A stretch of 64,000 nt of DNA from Octopus bimaculoides (Eukaryota), in contig NC_068994.1 of assembly GCF_001194135.2 (NCBI RefSeq), positions 12,203,930 to 12,267,929 on the forward strand, given 5' to 3'. A model generated the notes under the pieces. It was not told the origin of the DNA. It did no database searches and saw only the letters and a list, made by a program, of their open reading frames with translations. This document shows, one piece after another, positions 36,053 to 47,108 of the stretch (its first letter is position 1; the number at the start of each line of letters is the position of its first letter). The translations under genes were made by a program, and so were the position numbers.

Positions 36053-36394
36053 TGCTGAGACCCCCTTCGGTCATGACTGACCATGAGATTGCACCTAGAA
36101 AGTTACCCTCCGAAGTACAAGTCCGGGCAAGATTGCTCATGGAAGACCAGCAGTCGCCCATGCATACCGGCCTCCCCTCTCCACGCCACCAGTGTTATCC
36201 AAGGGAAAGGCAAAGGGGCCAATACAGCTTGGCACCTGTGACGTCGCAACTCATTTCTACAGCTGAGTGAACTGGAGCAACGCGAAATAAAGTGTCTTGC
36301 TCAAGAATACAACACACAGCCCGGTTCGGGATTCGAACTCACAACCTCGCAATCGTAAGCTCGACACTCTAACCACTGAGCCATGCACCTTCAC
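36053..36394 (-). mobile_element. tRNA-derived SINE family E with TSD
   Basis: Minus head gtgaaggtgcatggctcagtggttagag...gagttcgaatcccg; 9-bp TSD CACTGGTAT at 36044 and 36392. Confidence 0.85.
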
Positions 36395-36466
36395 TGGTAT
36401 ATGTATATACATATACACATACATACCTATCTTTTATATATATATATATATGTATATGTATATATA

Positions 36467-37710
36467 TAAAAGGGTTGGACTAAATAATGGAAACACATAG
36501 CATCATAATTTTGAAATATCTATAAAACAATCAAAAGCTTGTTTATTTTTATGTTCTTTTGATTTATTATTAGTGTTGCTTAATATGTTTTGCTAAAATT
36601 GCTGTTTTTTTTTCAGATATCAGAAAAAGGTAATTAAAATTTATTAAAATGACAGATCTATCGGACTTTCAAAGAGGTCAAATTGATAGAGCTCGCATGG
36701 CAGGCACTAGTATAATGAAGAAGTACTGTCTTGAAAGTAATGACAGCTTTTGAGAAAGAGGGAAAAACCTCCTCATCGAAACAAAACTCCGGAAGAAAAC
36801 CAAAACTTTCAGACAGGAACCGTTGGACTCTTATGTGAATTATTAGAAAGGATCACAAAAGTACAGCTCCCAAAATCACTACAGAGCTTAATGACCACCT
36901 CGAGAACCCAGTTTCCACAAAAACTGTTCACTGGAAGCTGCACAAAGCCAGATTTCATGGGATGGCTGCAACCAGAAAACCACTACTTTCAAAACAAATG
37001 TTGCAAAGTATTTAGAGTGGAGTAAAAACCTACAGAATTGGTCCCTAGAGTAGTTGAAGAATGTTATTTTCTCAGATGAGTCATCCCTTACCTTATTTCT
37101 GACCACCAGCCGAGTATACATGTGGAGACAGCCAAAAGAAGCATTTGACCCAGACTGCCCTCTTCCAACTGTTAAACGTGGATCTGGGGGGGTGCTATAT
37201 CTTGGAAATCCACCAGTCCAATGGTTTCCCTTCATGGCAGAATTAATAGTGAAGACTATTTAAGCACTTTATCAGCTCAAATTCATCCTATAGTTGCAGA
37301 ACTGTTTCTGGAAGGAAATGCAATCTTTCAAGATGACAATGCTTCAATTCACACAACTAAAGTTGTTACTGAATGGCATGAGGAACATTCTAGTGAAGTT
37401 GAACATCTTATCTGGCCACTACAGTCCCCAGATCCCGATATTATTGAACATTCAGGGTAGTGAGCTGGCAGAATCATTAGCACGCTGGGTGAAATGCTTA
37501 GCGCTATTTTGTCTGTCATTGCATTCTGAGTTCAGTTCTGCTGAGGTCGACTTTGCCTTTCATCCTTTCGGGGTCAATTAAATTAAATCAACTTAATCCC
37601 TTTGTCTGTCCTTGTTTGTTCCCTCTATAATTATTGAACATTTATGGTGCATTTTAGAAAAACAAGTAAGGAGTTGATGTCCTCCACCATCATCACTACA
37701 AGAACTACTT
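36467..37710 (+). mobile_element. Tc1-like DNA transposon fossil, DD36E spacing, interrupted by a SINE and 3'-truncated
   Basis: TIR-like agggttggactaaataatggaaacac; frameshifted transposase KNVIFSDES (D 37075), IFQDDNA (D 37335), WPLQSPDPDIIEH (E 37446), continuing after the SINE as LWCILEKQVRS. Confidence 0.88.
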
Positions 37711-38195
37711 ATTTCTCGCTCAGAGATTTAAAACTAATCGTTTTTCTCCTAACAAGATCAGTGACTGTGTGGCTTGGAGTTCAGTCCTACTGCATGGCAG
37801 GATCCTGGGCAAGTGTCTTCTACTATAGCCCTAGGCTAACCAAAGCCTTGTGAGTAGATTTGGTAGAAGGAAACTGAAAAAAAACCCCCAATACATTGAT
37901 ATATAGGTGTGTGTGTTTGTATTTCATTTGCACCCCATCACTGTTTGACAACCAGTGTTTGTTTGTTTACATCCCCGTAATCTACAAGTTTGGCAAAAGA
38001 GACCACTAGAATAAATACTAAGCTAAAGAAAAAATAAAATAACTCCTGGGATCAATTTGTTTGAGTAAAACCCTTGAAGGCAGTGACCCAGCATGGCCGC
38101 AGTCCAATGACTGAAAAAAGTGAAAAAAGATTTTTAAAAAAAGTGATAAAAATTCCATAATAATAATTAAGTAATAAGGAAGAGTTTCTCCTCAC

Positions 38196-38361
38196 CTGGA
38201 TCTGTTATATATGATGGGTTTATTCCTGTCCAGGTAGGTGTTGTGAAGTCCGAGCTCTCTGAACACTGAGGGCATCATCTTTGTTAAAGATATATTTGAA
38301 GATTTCTCCAAGACAGCACTCACCAATGTCCAGCCGTGTGTTGTATACAGAAACTTACTGC
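38196..38361 (-). CDS. LACTB: LACTB exon 6 (second active-site motif YTT)
   Basis: catctag|GCAGT...TCCAG|gtgagg; GSKFLYTTHGWTLVSAVLE...NKPIIYNRSR (human GSQFLYSTFGYTLLAAIVE...EPVIYNRAR). Confidence 0.95.
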
Positions 38362-38815
38362 CTAGATGAACGACAGGAGATAACAGTAATGTAAAACCCA
38401 GAAGAATTGCTGCCAAGCATTTTGTCTGGTGTGCTAACGACTCTGCCAGCTTACCATTGTAATAATCCTTTCTATTATAGGCACAAAACCTGAAGATTTT
38501 TGTGGGGAGGGGACGAGTCTATTACATCGACCCCAGTGTGTAACTGGTACTTAATTTATCGATCCTGGAAAGATGAAAGGCAAAGTTGACCCCGGCAGCA
38601 TTTGAACTCAGAACAAATTAAAAAGAAGAAAAAAATGAAGAAAAAAAAAACACAAAAGAAGAACTGTGCTAGGTTTTTATGAACAAACTATAAAAAGTAA
38701 AAGCTTCTCTGAATTATAAACCAAGAACTGTGACAGTTTCTTTGAACGAATAAAAGATTTTTAAGACATTTTTCAAGCAACATACAACAGAATATTTTAA
38801 AAACAATCAAATTAC

Positions 38816-39047
38816 CTGGTTTGTGAACAAGAGGATCGTCTTTGAAGAGCGTTAGGGCTTCGTCAACATTTTTGAAGGACTTTTTCAGATACATTTCCTC
38901 CATTTTGTAGTCGCTGTTGTTTGAAGATTCAGATAGTTTAACAAGTTCCTTGCTGTTGTTGTTGTTGTTAGTGTTGTTGTTGTTGTTGGTAGAGGCATTG
39001 TTGTTGTTGTTCTTGGTGGTGGTGTTATCGGCACTCTTTGAATCATC
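38816..39047 (-). CDS. LACTB: LACTB exon 5 (poly-Asn loop plus EEMYLK...FKDDPLVHKP)
   Basis: ttttactag|GATGAT...CCAG|gtaatt; DDSKSADNTTTKNNNNNASTNNNNNTNNNNNSKELVK...MEEMYLKKSFKNVDEALTLFKDDPLVHKP; phase 0 in, phase 1 out, consistent with both neighbours. Confidence 0.92.
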
Positions 39048-39699
39048 CTAGTAAAAGAGAAACACAGACACAAAACATAAAAAAACGAAAAAAAAAACCC
39101 AACAAAAACATCAAAACAAGTAATCATCATCATCATCATCATTTAACGTCCATTTTCCATGCTTGAATGGGTTGGACAGTTTGACCAGAGCTGGTAAAGT
39201 CAGAAGTCACACCAGGCTCCATTATCTTTTCTGGCACAATTTCTACAGTTGGATGCTCTTCCTAATGCCAACCACTCAACTGAGTGTACCAGGCGCTTTT
39301 TATGTGGCACCAGTATCAATTCTGCTGTGGCAGACAGGTCTAATAAATACAATGTCACAGGTGTAGTTATATGGATAAAGCTGTTTTCAAGTTGTTTCAC
39401 TGTGAAGTACCTCGGGGAAAGTGACTTCTACTACAGCAACTAAGCTGGCCAATGTCTTGTGAATAAATTTGGTAGAAAGAAATTGTGTAGAAGTGGCGAG
39501 CTGGCAGAAACATTAGCACACCGGGCGAAATGCTTAGTGGTATGTCGTCTGCCGTTACATTCTGAGTTCAAATTCCGCCGAGGTCGACTTTGCCTTTCAT
39601 CCTTTCGGGGTCGATAAATTAAGTACCAGTTACACACTAAACATAGAGGGGACAAACAAAGACAGACAAAGGGATTAAGTCGATTATATCGATCCCAGT

Positions 39700-40316
39700 A
39701 CAATGTTTCGAGTGGCATGGGTGCTTCAAAAGTGGAAGAATATCCCCGGAAGATGATGAATGATCTGGAAGACCTGCCACAAGCATCACCCCCGGAAATG
39801 TGGTATTGTGCATTAAGAATTCATGCCACAGGGCCAGACCATCAATCAAGAGTTCTACTGTGAAGTTTTGAAGCATTTGGGGGAGGACATTTGGCAAAAG
39901 TGACAGGATCTGTGGAGCATGAAGAACTGGATTCTTCATGACAACAATGCATCCTGTCACTGAGCTCTCCTCACTCATGAATTTCTCACCGAAAACAACA
40001 TGGTGTCACTTCCACACCTGCCCTATTCGCCAGATTTAGCACCTGCTGACTTCCGTCTCTTCCTCAAGATGAAAATGCAGTTCAAAAGTTGCCGTTTTAA
40101 CACCGTTGTCAAGATCCAGAGTGAATTGCAGAAGCTCCTTGGCTTGCTTGTAGAAAACAATTTCCAGGCTGGATTCCAAAAGTGGCAGAAACACTGGGAC
40201 GGGTTTATTGCTGTGCAAGGTGACTGTTTCAAAGGAAATCATGTTAAACCTTAGGCAAATAAGTAATTTTTTTATTAAACATAACTAGTCCAGGAACCTT
40301 TTGATACTGCCTCGTA
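39700..40316 (+). mobile_element. mariner (DD34D-type) fossil, internally deleted, right TIR present
   Basis: FEWH..FKSGR..EDDE.SGRP fragment fused to GIVH.EFMPQGQTINQEFYCEVL; LHD.NA...HLPYSPDLAPADFRLF; in-frame TGA; right TIR ccaggaaccttttgatactgcctcg followed by TA. Confidence 0.9.
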
Positions 40317-40912
40317 TACATGAAATGAATTGCTTCCTGGATTCTTCGCCAGGAATAGAAACCTAGACTAGATTTTTCAATGAGTTCATTCCTATTGTTT
40401 TCAGTATTAGCACTTGGAAATTTATGAAAATCAGCTGTCATATATAGATAAGTTCTATTCTTTAACTAACCATTTTTCAGTCACCAACAGTTCAAACCAG
40501 ATAAAAGACCTAATTTAAACAGGAACATATTATGAATACATGGAAGAACACCTCTCTTTCTCTCTTCACTAATGGCTTCTCAAGATGTAATCATACAACC
40601 TCCACCTTCTCTACTCATCAACCTAGAGAGGTAAGTTCTCTTACTCTTTTTAATTATATCAACCCCCCCTATATTTGACTGGTATTTATTTTATGAACCC
40701 CAGAGGGATGAAAGCAAAATTAACCTCGGTCAGCTTTGAACTCAGAACGTAATGAGTCAGAAGAAATACTGTAAAGCATTTTCCCTGCACTCTCATGAAT
40801 CTGCTGTCTTTAACTCCAGTTTAATAATATTTTCTACTATAGGCACAAGTCTAGAAATTTTGGGGGAGGGGTCTGACTGATACTTAATTTATTGACCCCT
40901 TTAGGATTTTTC

Positions 40913-40954
<42 letters not shown>

Positions 40955-41131
40955 ATTTGATGGCGTATAAAACACATTTTAAAGAAATAGTTTCAAAATT
41001 TCACCCCAGGTCCTGCATGTAAAGTTGGGTCTCCCATAAGCTAATTTTGTTCCTGGTTCTCTTATTTCCAAATATACACAGCTGAAATTGGGGCTCATCT
41101 AATAATGCCCATGCATCTTTTCAACCACCCA

Positions 41132-41163
<32 letters not shown>

Positions 41164-41226
41164 GTGTGTGTGTGTGTATAAAAAATTAGAAAGCAATCGT
41201 GACTCTTTAAGGAATCCAGTCCTCAC

Positions 41227-41334
41227 CTTAGAATTATCGTTACTATTTTTATCAGCATCCTTATCTATATACGTCCTGTTGTAGTGACGAATACCACCCA
41301 TGTGAGACAGCAAATGACGGACAGTTAGTGTCAC
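41227..41334 (-). CDS. LACTB: LACTB exon 4
   Basis: ttttag|GTGACA...TCTAAG|gtgagg; VTLTVRHLLSHMGGIRHYNR (human VSVTTRLLISHLSGIRHYEK). Confidence 0.95.
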
Positions 41335-41357
41335 CTAAAAAAAAATTAAAACCAACA

Positions 41358-41411
<54 letters not shown>

Positions 41412-41573
41412 ACAAAATAAGACAAAAATAATTTCAAAATAAAAGGCAACTGACAAAAATGAATGATAGGGGCATTTTTTATGTCAGCAATTCCCAACTT
41501 GGTGGTTCATAGACCCCTGGAGGTCAAGAAAGGATATTATTGGGGATCCATGAATTTTTATCAAAATTGCACC

Positions 41574-41915
41574 TGCTGAGACCCCCTTCGATCATGACTG
41601 ACCATGGGATTGCACCTAGAAAGTTACCCTCCCAGGCACAAGTCCGGGCAAGGTTGTTTATGGAAGACCAGCAGTCGTCCATGCAAACCAGCCTCCCCTC
41701 TCCACACCACTGATGTTATCCAAGGCAAAGGCAAAGGGGCCAATACGGCTTGGCACCTGTGACATCGCAACTCATTTCTACAGCTGAGTGAACTGGAGTA
41801 ACGTGAAATAAAGTGTCTTGCTCAAGAACACAACAAGCAGCCCGGTACGGGATTCGATCTCACAACCTCACGATTGTAAGCTCAACGCTCTAACCACTGA
41901 GCCATGCACCCTCAC
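41574..41915 (-). mobile_element. SINE family E copy with TSD
   Basis: Highly similar to 36053-36394; TSD AAAATTGCACC(T) at 41563 and 41918. Confidence 0.85.
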
Positions 41916-42161
41916 TGAAAATTGCACCTCTATATAGGTGCATGAACTCATCANNNNNNNNNNNNNNNNNNNNNNNNNNNNNNNNNNNNNNNNNNNNNNN
42001 NNNNNNNNNNNNNNNNNNNNNNNNNNNNNNNNNNNNNNNNNNNNNNNNNNNNNNNNNNNNNNNNNNCACTGTCACATATAGAAAAACTTAATTTAATTTT
42101 AATTTTTAATAAATTGAATTTAATTGAGTTTTTACCTGTAAAGTTGGATTTTTATCCCTAA

Positions 42162-42195
<34 letters not shown>

Positions 42196-42284
42196 TATAT
42201 TGTTGTATTTGGGGATGGTCATGTTGCCAGTTTAGCCAATAAAAAAACACGTACTATATTTCACATCAAGAATCTTGCAAAACG

Positions 42285-42321
<37 letters not shown>

Positions 42322-43025
42322 AGGTAATGTGGCTGATGCTGGTGTTGTGGAAACTAGCAATCATGCCAGTGGCACACAAAAAGCACCTTTCAAGCGCTGG
42401 GCCTCAGAGAGCAAAGGACAAAGGACAAAGACCTTGCTGTGCTTGAGAAGGAAGATCCATAAAGCTGAGTGAAATTATAGTTGTGACAGATACTGGTGTC
42501 ATGAAACTGGCACATAAAAGCACCCTTTACACTCTTGGAGTTGTTGGCACCAGGAAGGGCATCCAGTCATAGGAAACATGCCATATTAGACTGGAATCTA
42601 GTGCAAAACATCAGCTTACCAGCCCTCGTTAAACTGTCCAACCTATGTCAGCAGAGACAATTGATGTTAAATGATGATGATGATGGTATATATATGTACA
42701 TGACAACAGCACAAGTGCTTTTTACATGGCACCAAGTCTCCATATTTGGGTTCATTCATTCAGTCATTCTTCTGAGACAGGTCTTGTTTTTGTTTTGCTA
42801 GGTTTCTACCAACCCTCTTCACTAAGCAAGCATGGTGGTGTACTAGTTAAGTCATTGATGACCCAACCATGTAACATGTTGTGCCAAACTTCATGTTACT
42901 TATAGCACTCATTACACTGGAATTATTCCTTATTGTTGTCCCTTCCATGCAGCTATGAAGCTCCAAAGTATAAAAGAAATGGTAAATGTACATCCTAATA
43001 TTCATGTTATTTGTGGTTCCAGCAA

Positions 43026-43529
43026 TGACCACCTAGGGCCAGATTTACATATGGGCCAAACATGGCCTAGGCACCCACAAGCACTGGGGGCCTCTGACCA
43101 CCCAGGGCCAGATTTACATATGGGCCAAACATGGCCTAGGCACCCACAAGCACTGGGGGCCTCTTTTAACTTAAAGAAGCCTAAAACTTAGCATTTAAAT
43201 TAAATACATTTATAAATAATTTGCAATTTCTTTTTATTACTTATTTAATTTTTTTATTGATCCAATAGAGTTCCTTTAAAATCATGGAGTCCTCTTTTGA
43301 TTAATTGGGCCCTTTAAGATTAAAAAAAACCCCATTAAATTTAACTTAACCCCTCTGAATCTACTGAGGCTCTTCTCAGTTTTGGGACTTCTTCAAAATG
43401 TTTGGAGCCCTTGGATTTAACAGCCTTCTGTATTATCTTATTATGCTTTAAATTAGCAAATTCATAAGGGCCACCAGAACCTATTGGCCCAGGGACCCTA
43501 CAAAGTGTAAATCCAGTCCTATGACCACC
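43026..43529. mobile_element. hAT-like MITE with 8-bp TSD and a duplicated left end
   Basis: TSD TGACCACC at 43026-43033 and 43522-43529; TIRs TAGGGCCAGATTTACA / rc TAGGACTGGATTTACA; 69-bp tandem duplication 43026-43163. Confidence 0.75.
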
Positions 43530-45479
43530 TCAACTATTTTTCAGTCAGTATGCATCTACGACCACATTATCTAGTGTCTTTCCATTATTTGCATACAGTA
43601 GTATGTTATTTAAAAAAAGAGATCTTTCTAGCTGGTTGATTGTCTATACATAGGCTCCCTATTGACATGTAAAAATAATATAAACACAAAAAGAACAAAA
43701 CATAAAAATATAAATAAACGTAAAAAAAAAAGAATTCCACCAAACTGTCAAATAACAAAAGGAAAACAATAAATAGTTAGAAAAAAGGATAAATAACCTG
43801 GAATACTAAGGCTATACATGTCTCTTCATAATATTTGTCATTGCCTTGAGTGGCCTTAAATTACATTCGCAATGTAATATGATAACCTTCACTACCACCA
43901 GCACCTTCATGACCTTTACTCTCTCTCTCCACCACTACTGCTATAAAGATTACCACCACTGATACCAATATTAATAACACACAAACCATTTTGAGCGTGG
44001 CCGTTGCCAGTGCCGCCTGACTGGCTCCCGTAGGATTTTCGAGCGAGATCGTTGCCAGTGCCCCTGGACTGGCTTGTGCGGGTGGCACATAAAAGACACC
44101 ATTTCGAGCGTGGCCGTTTTCGTGCGGGTGACACGTAGAAGCAGCCACTACACTCTCTGAGTGGTTGGCGTTAGGAAGGGCATCCAGCTGTAGAAACTCT
44201 GCCAAATTAGATTGGAGCCTGGTGTTGCCATCCGGTTTCACCAGTCCTCAGTCAAATCGTCCAACCCATGCTAGCATGGAAAGCGGACGTTAAACGATGA
44301 TGATGATGATGATGAAGGCAGCAAGCTGGCAAAGTCACTAGCACAACAGACAAACTATCCTTATCTTTATGTTGAGCTCAAATTCCACCAGTGGAGGCGC
44401 AATGGCCCAGTGGTTAGGGCAGCGGACTTGTGGTTGGAGGATCGTGGTTTCGGTTCCCAGACCAGGTGTGTGTGTTTATTGAGCAAAAACACCTAAAGCT
44501 CCACGAGGCTCCGGCAGGGGGGTGGGTGGCGACCCCTGTTGTACTCTTTCACCCCAATTTTCTTTCACTCTTTCTTGAGTAACACTGCAATGGACTGGCG
44601 TCCTGTCCAGCTGGGGGGAACACATATGCCATAGAAACTGGGAAACTGGGCCCATGAGCCTGGCTAGGCTTTAAAAAAGGAGCATAAATAAAAAANNNNN
44701 NNNNNTCAACACATTCCCTTCCCTGAACATGCTGGCCATTTCAACATTTCTCTGTAAGCTGTAGTGTAATCTAGATGGTGCCTAAAGCCAGTTACCATAT
44801 TTATGAACTTTAGCTTTTCTTGTTATCAACTGCAGAATCCAGTTTGTTGGCAAATCCAATACATCCAACCATACAGTTAGTTAGTCTCTTGTGAAGTCAT
44901 AAACCACCTCATTGGCAAAATGTCAGTAATCATCTTATCGCAGTTCAAAAGAAAAATGATATAAAAATTCTGAAGAATTACAGCAAAGATTTTAACAAAA
45001 AGAACAAAAAAAAAAAAAAATGCATTGTAACTTTGTTTCTGATAAATAGGTATAGGCATCTTTGAGACTGAGTTGGAATATTAAGTTAAGGAAATGGATT
45101 TATTTATTTATTTCTCAAAAAGAAAGTGACAAAAGAGATTTTATTTGTTTCAAAAGTATCTTTTAAAAGATAATATTCTCATATCTCAAACTGACAATAA
45201 GAAGATAATATGGAAAAATGCAGTCGACTACTGGCATTCATTTGTGTTGGTATATTTGTGAATTGTTGTCTTGTTTTGGAACAAACCTACTGTCATGAAC
45301 CAACATTTTCATAACTTGGTAAGCAATTCTCCAGCTAACCTTGGCTAAAACCTGCTTAAAGGAACCAATCAGATTTAATGGATGCAGTCATGTCACAGGA
45401 AGAAGAGAAAATTTAATGGTTGTGATGGTCTGTCAGAAGGTAGTTATGGATTACATTCTTTTAAAGGAAAATTATCCGA

Positions 45480-45790
45480 GTTCATAATGCACTGATTCAC
45501 TTTGGCTAATGTTATTCGAACTTAGTATGAAGAGCATAAAAATGAATTAAACCATTTGGATTGCTCCCACTTCTCCACAATCACCAGATCTCAATATAAT
45601 AAAATATTTATGCTGCATTTTGGAGCAGCAAGTGAAGGACTGCTTCCTTCAACCATTGTTGTTGAAAGGGCAAAAACAGGTTTTTATTTGAAGAGTGGCT
45701 CAAAATTCCCTTAACAACCATTCAGAACTTGTATAAACCAATTTCACAATGTATTAACAATGTGATTGATGCCAAGGGTGAACCAATTCT
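45480..45790 (+). mobile_element. Older, degenerate Tc1-like transposase fragment related to the 36.5-37.7 kb element
   Basis: With frameshifts: NALIH..ANVIRT*YEEHKNELNHL..PQSPDLNIIKYLCCILEQQVK...FEEWLKIPLTTIQNLYKPI...VIDAKG. Confidence 0.7.
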
Positions 45791-46421
45791 TATATTATAT
45801 AATAAAGTTCTATTTAACAAGGCGTTTCCATTCATTTGCAAGGAGCAACTGTTCTCTAATGATGAAACACAACAGCAATTAACACACTGACATTCAAATC
45901 TGCCAGAATGTTATCAAGAATAAATATACAAGTCATTGTTCTGACTTATCATTATTAGTTGGCAGATATCAGAACATATCAGCTAATAATTTTTTGCTGA
46001 AAGCATTTCTTCCAGTTTTTTTTTTCTATTCTGAGTTCAAATCCCACTGAAGTCAGCTTTGTCTTTCATCCTTTCAGGGTCAATAAAATAAGTAAGTACC
46101 AGTTGTGTACTGGGATCGATGAAATTGACTAGCCCCAAATTTCAGGTCTTGTGCCTATAGTTGAAAGGATTCTTCTTCTATTATTATTATTATTATTATT
46201 ATTATTAAGACAGCGAGCTGGCAGAATCATTAGCACACAGGGCAAAATGTTTAGTAGTATTTTGTCTGCCGCTCTGTTCTCAGTTCAAATTCTGCCAGGG
46301 TCGACTTTGCCTTTCATCCTTTTGGAGTCGATTACATAAGTACCAGCTATGCACTGGGGTCGATGTAATTGACTTAATCCCTTTCTTCAAATTTGATGTC
46401 TTGTGCTTCCAGTAGAAAGGC

Positions 46422-46461
<40 letters not shown>

Positions 46462-47108
46462 CATCATCATCTTTGTTGTTGTTAGTTTTATAAAAGTGGC
46501 TGGCAGGTCCAATGTCCAATTCTAGTTTCCCTGAGGACTGAAGTATGATATTTGATGGGAATGGGTAGATTCTGCATTGCTAATTAACAAAACATTAATT
46601 TAACAGTGCTCCTGCTGTTGCTGCTAACGATATAAACAACAAAAGTGAATTATACTTCACCATAGATCAAACTCGTGTCTACTCATACCCTCTGTGGTTG
46701 CTAGACTTACTAAAAATAGTAGCCAATTTTATAGCAGATCATACACTATCCAGTTTCAAAATGAAAAAATAAATAAATAAATATAAAGACATATTAAATA
46801 ATGTACATCTAGATATACCATGCCTGAAAAAAAGAGACGAAGTGGTCATGTCTAGAATTCTTTTGATCATAGATCCACTTGATCTGGGTTGGCCATGGGC
46901 TAAACCACATTTTCACACAAATATGTACCGGTACAGCTGCGTCTTTAAGAAGTCTACATTGCAACCACAAGGTTCTGGGTTTGGCTCCACTGCATGGCAC
47001 CTCTGGCTAATGGTTTCTAATATAGCATTAGGCCAAGCGGTAGCTTATAAGTGAATTAAATACATGGCAGAAACTGCATACACACACACAGAGGCAAATA
47101 CATTCTCA

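Noticed and set aside
38885-39142. ORF with poly-Thr (PTTTTTLTTTTT)
   Set aside because: Wrong frame of the AAC repeat; splice phases with exons 4 and 6 select the poly-Asn frame.
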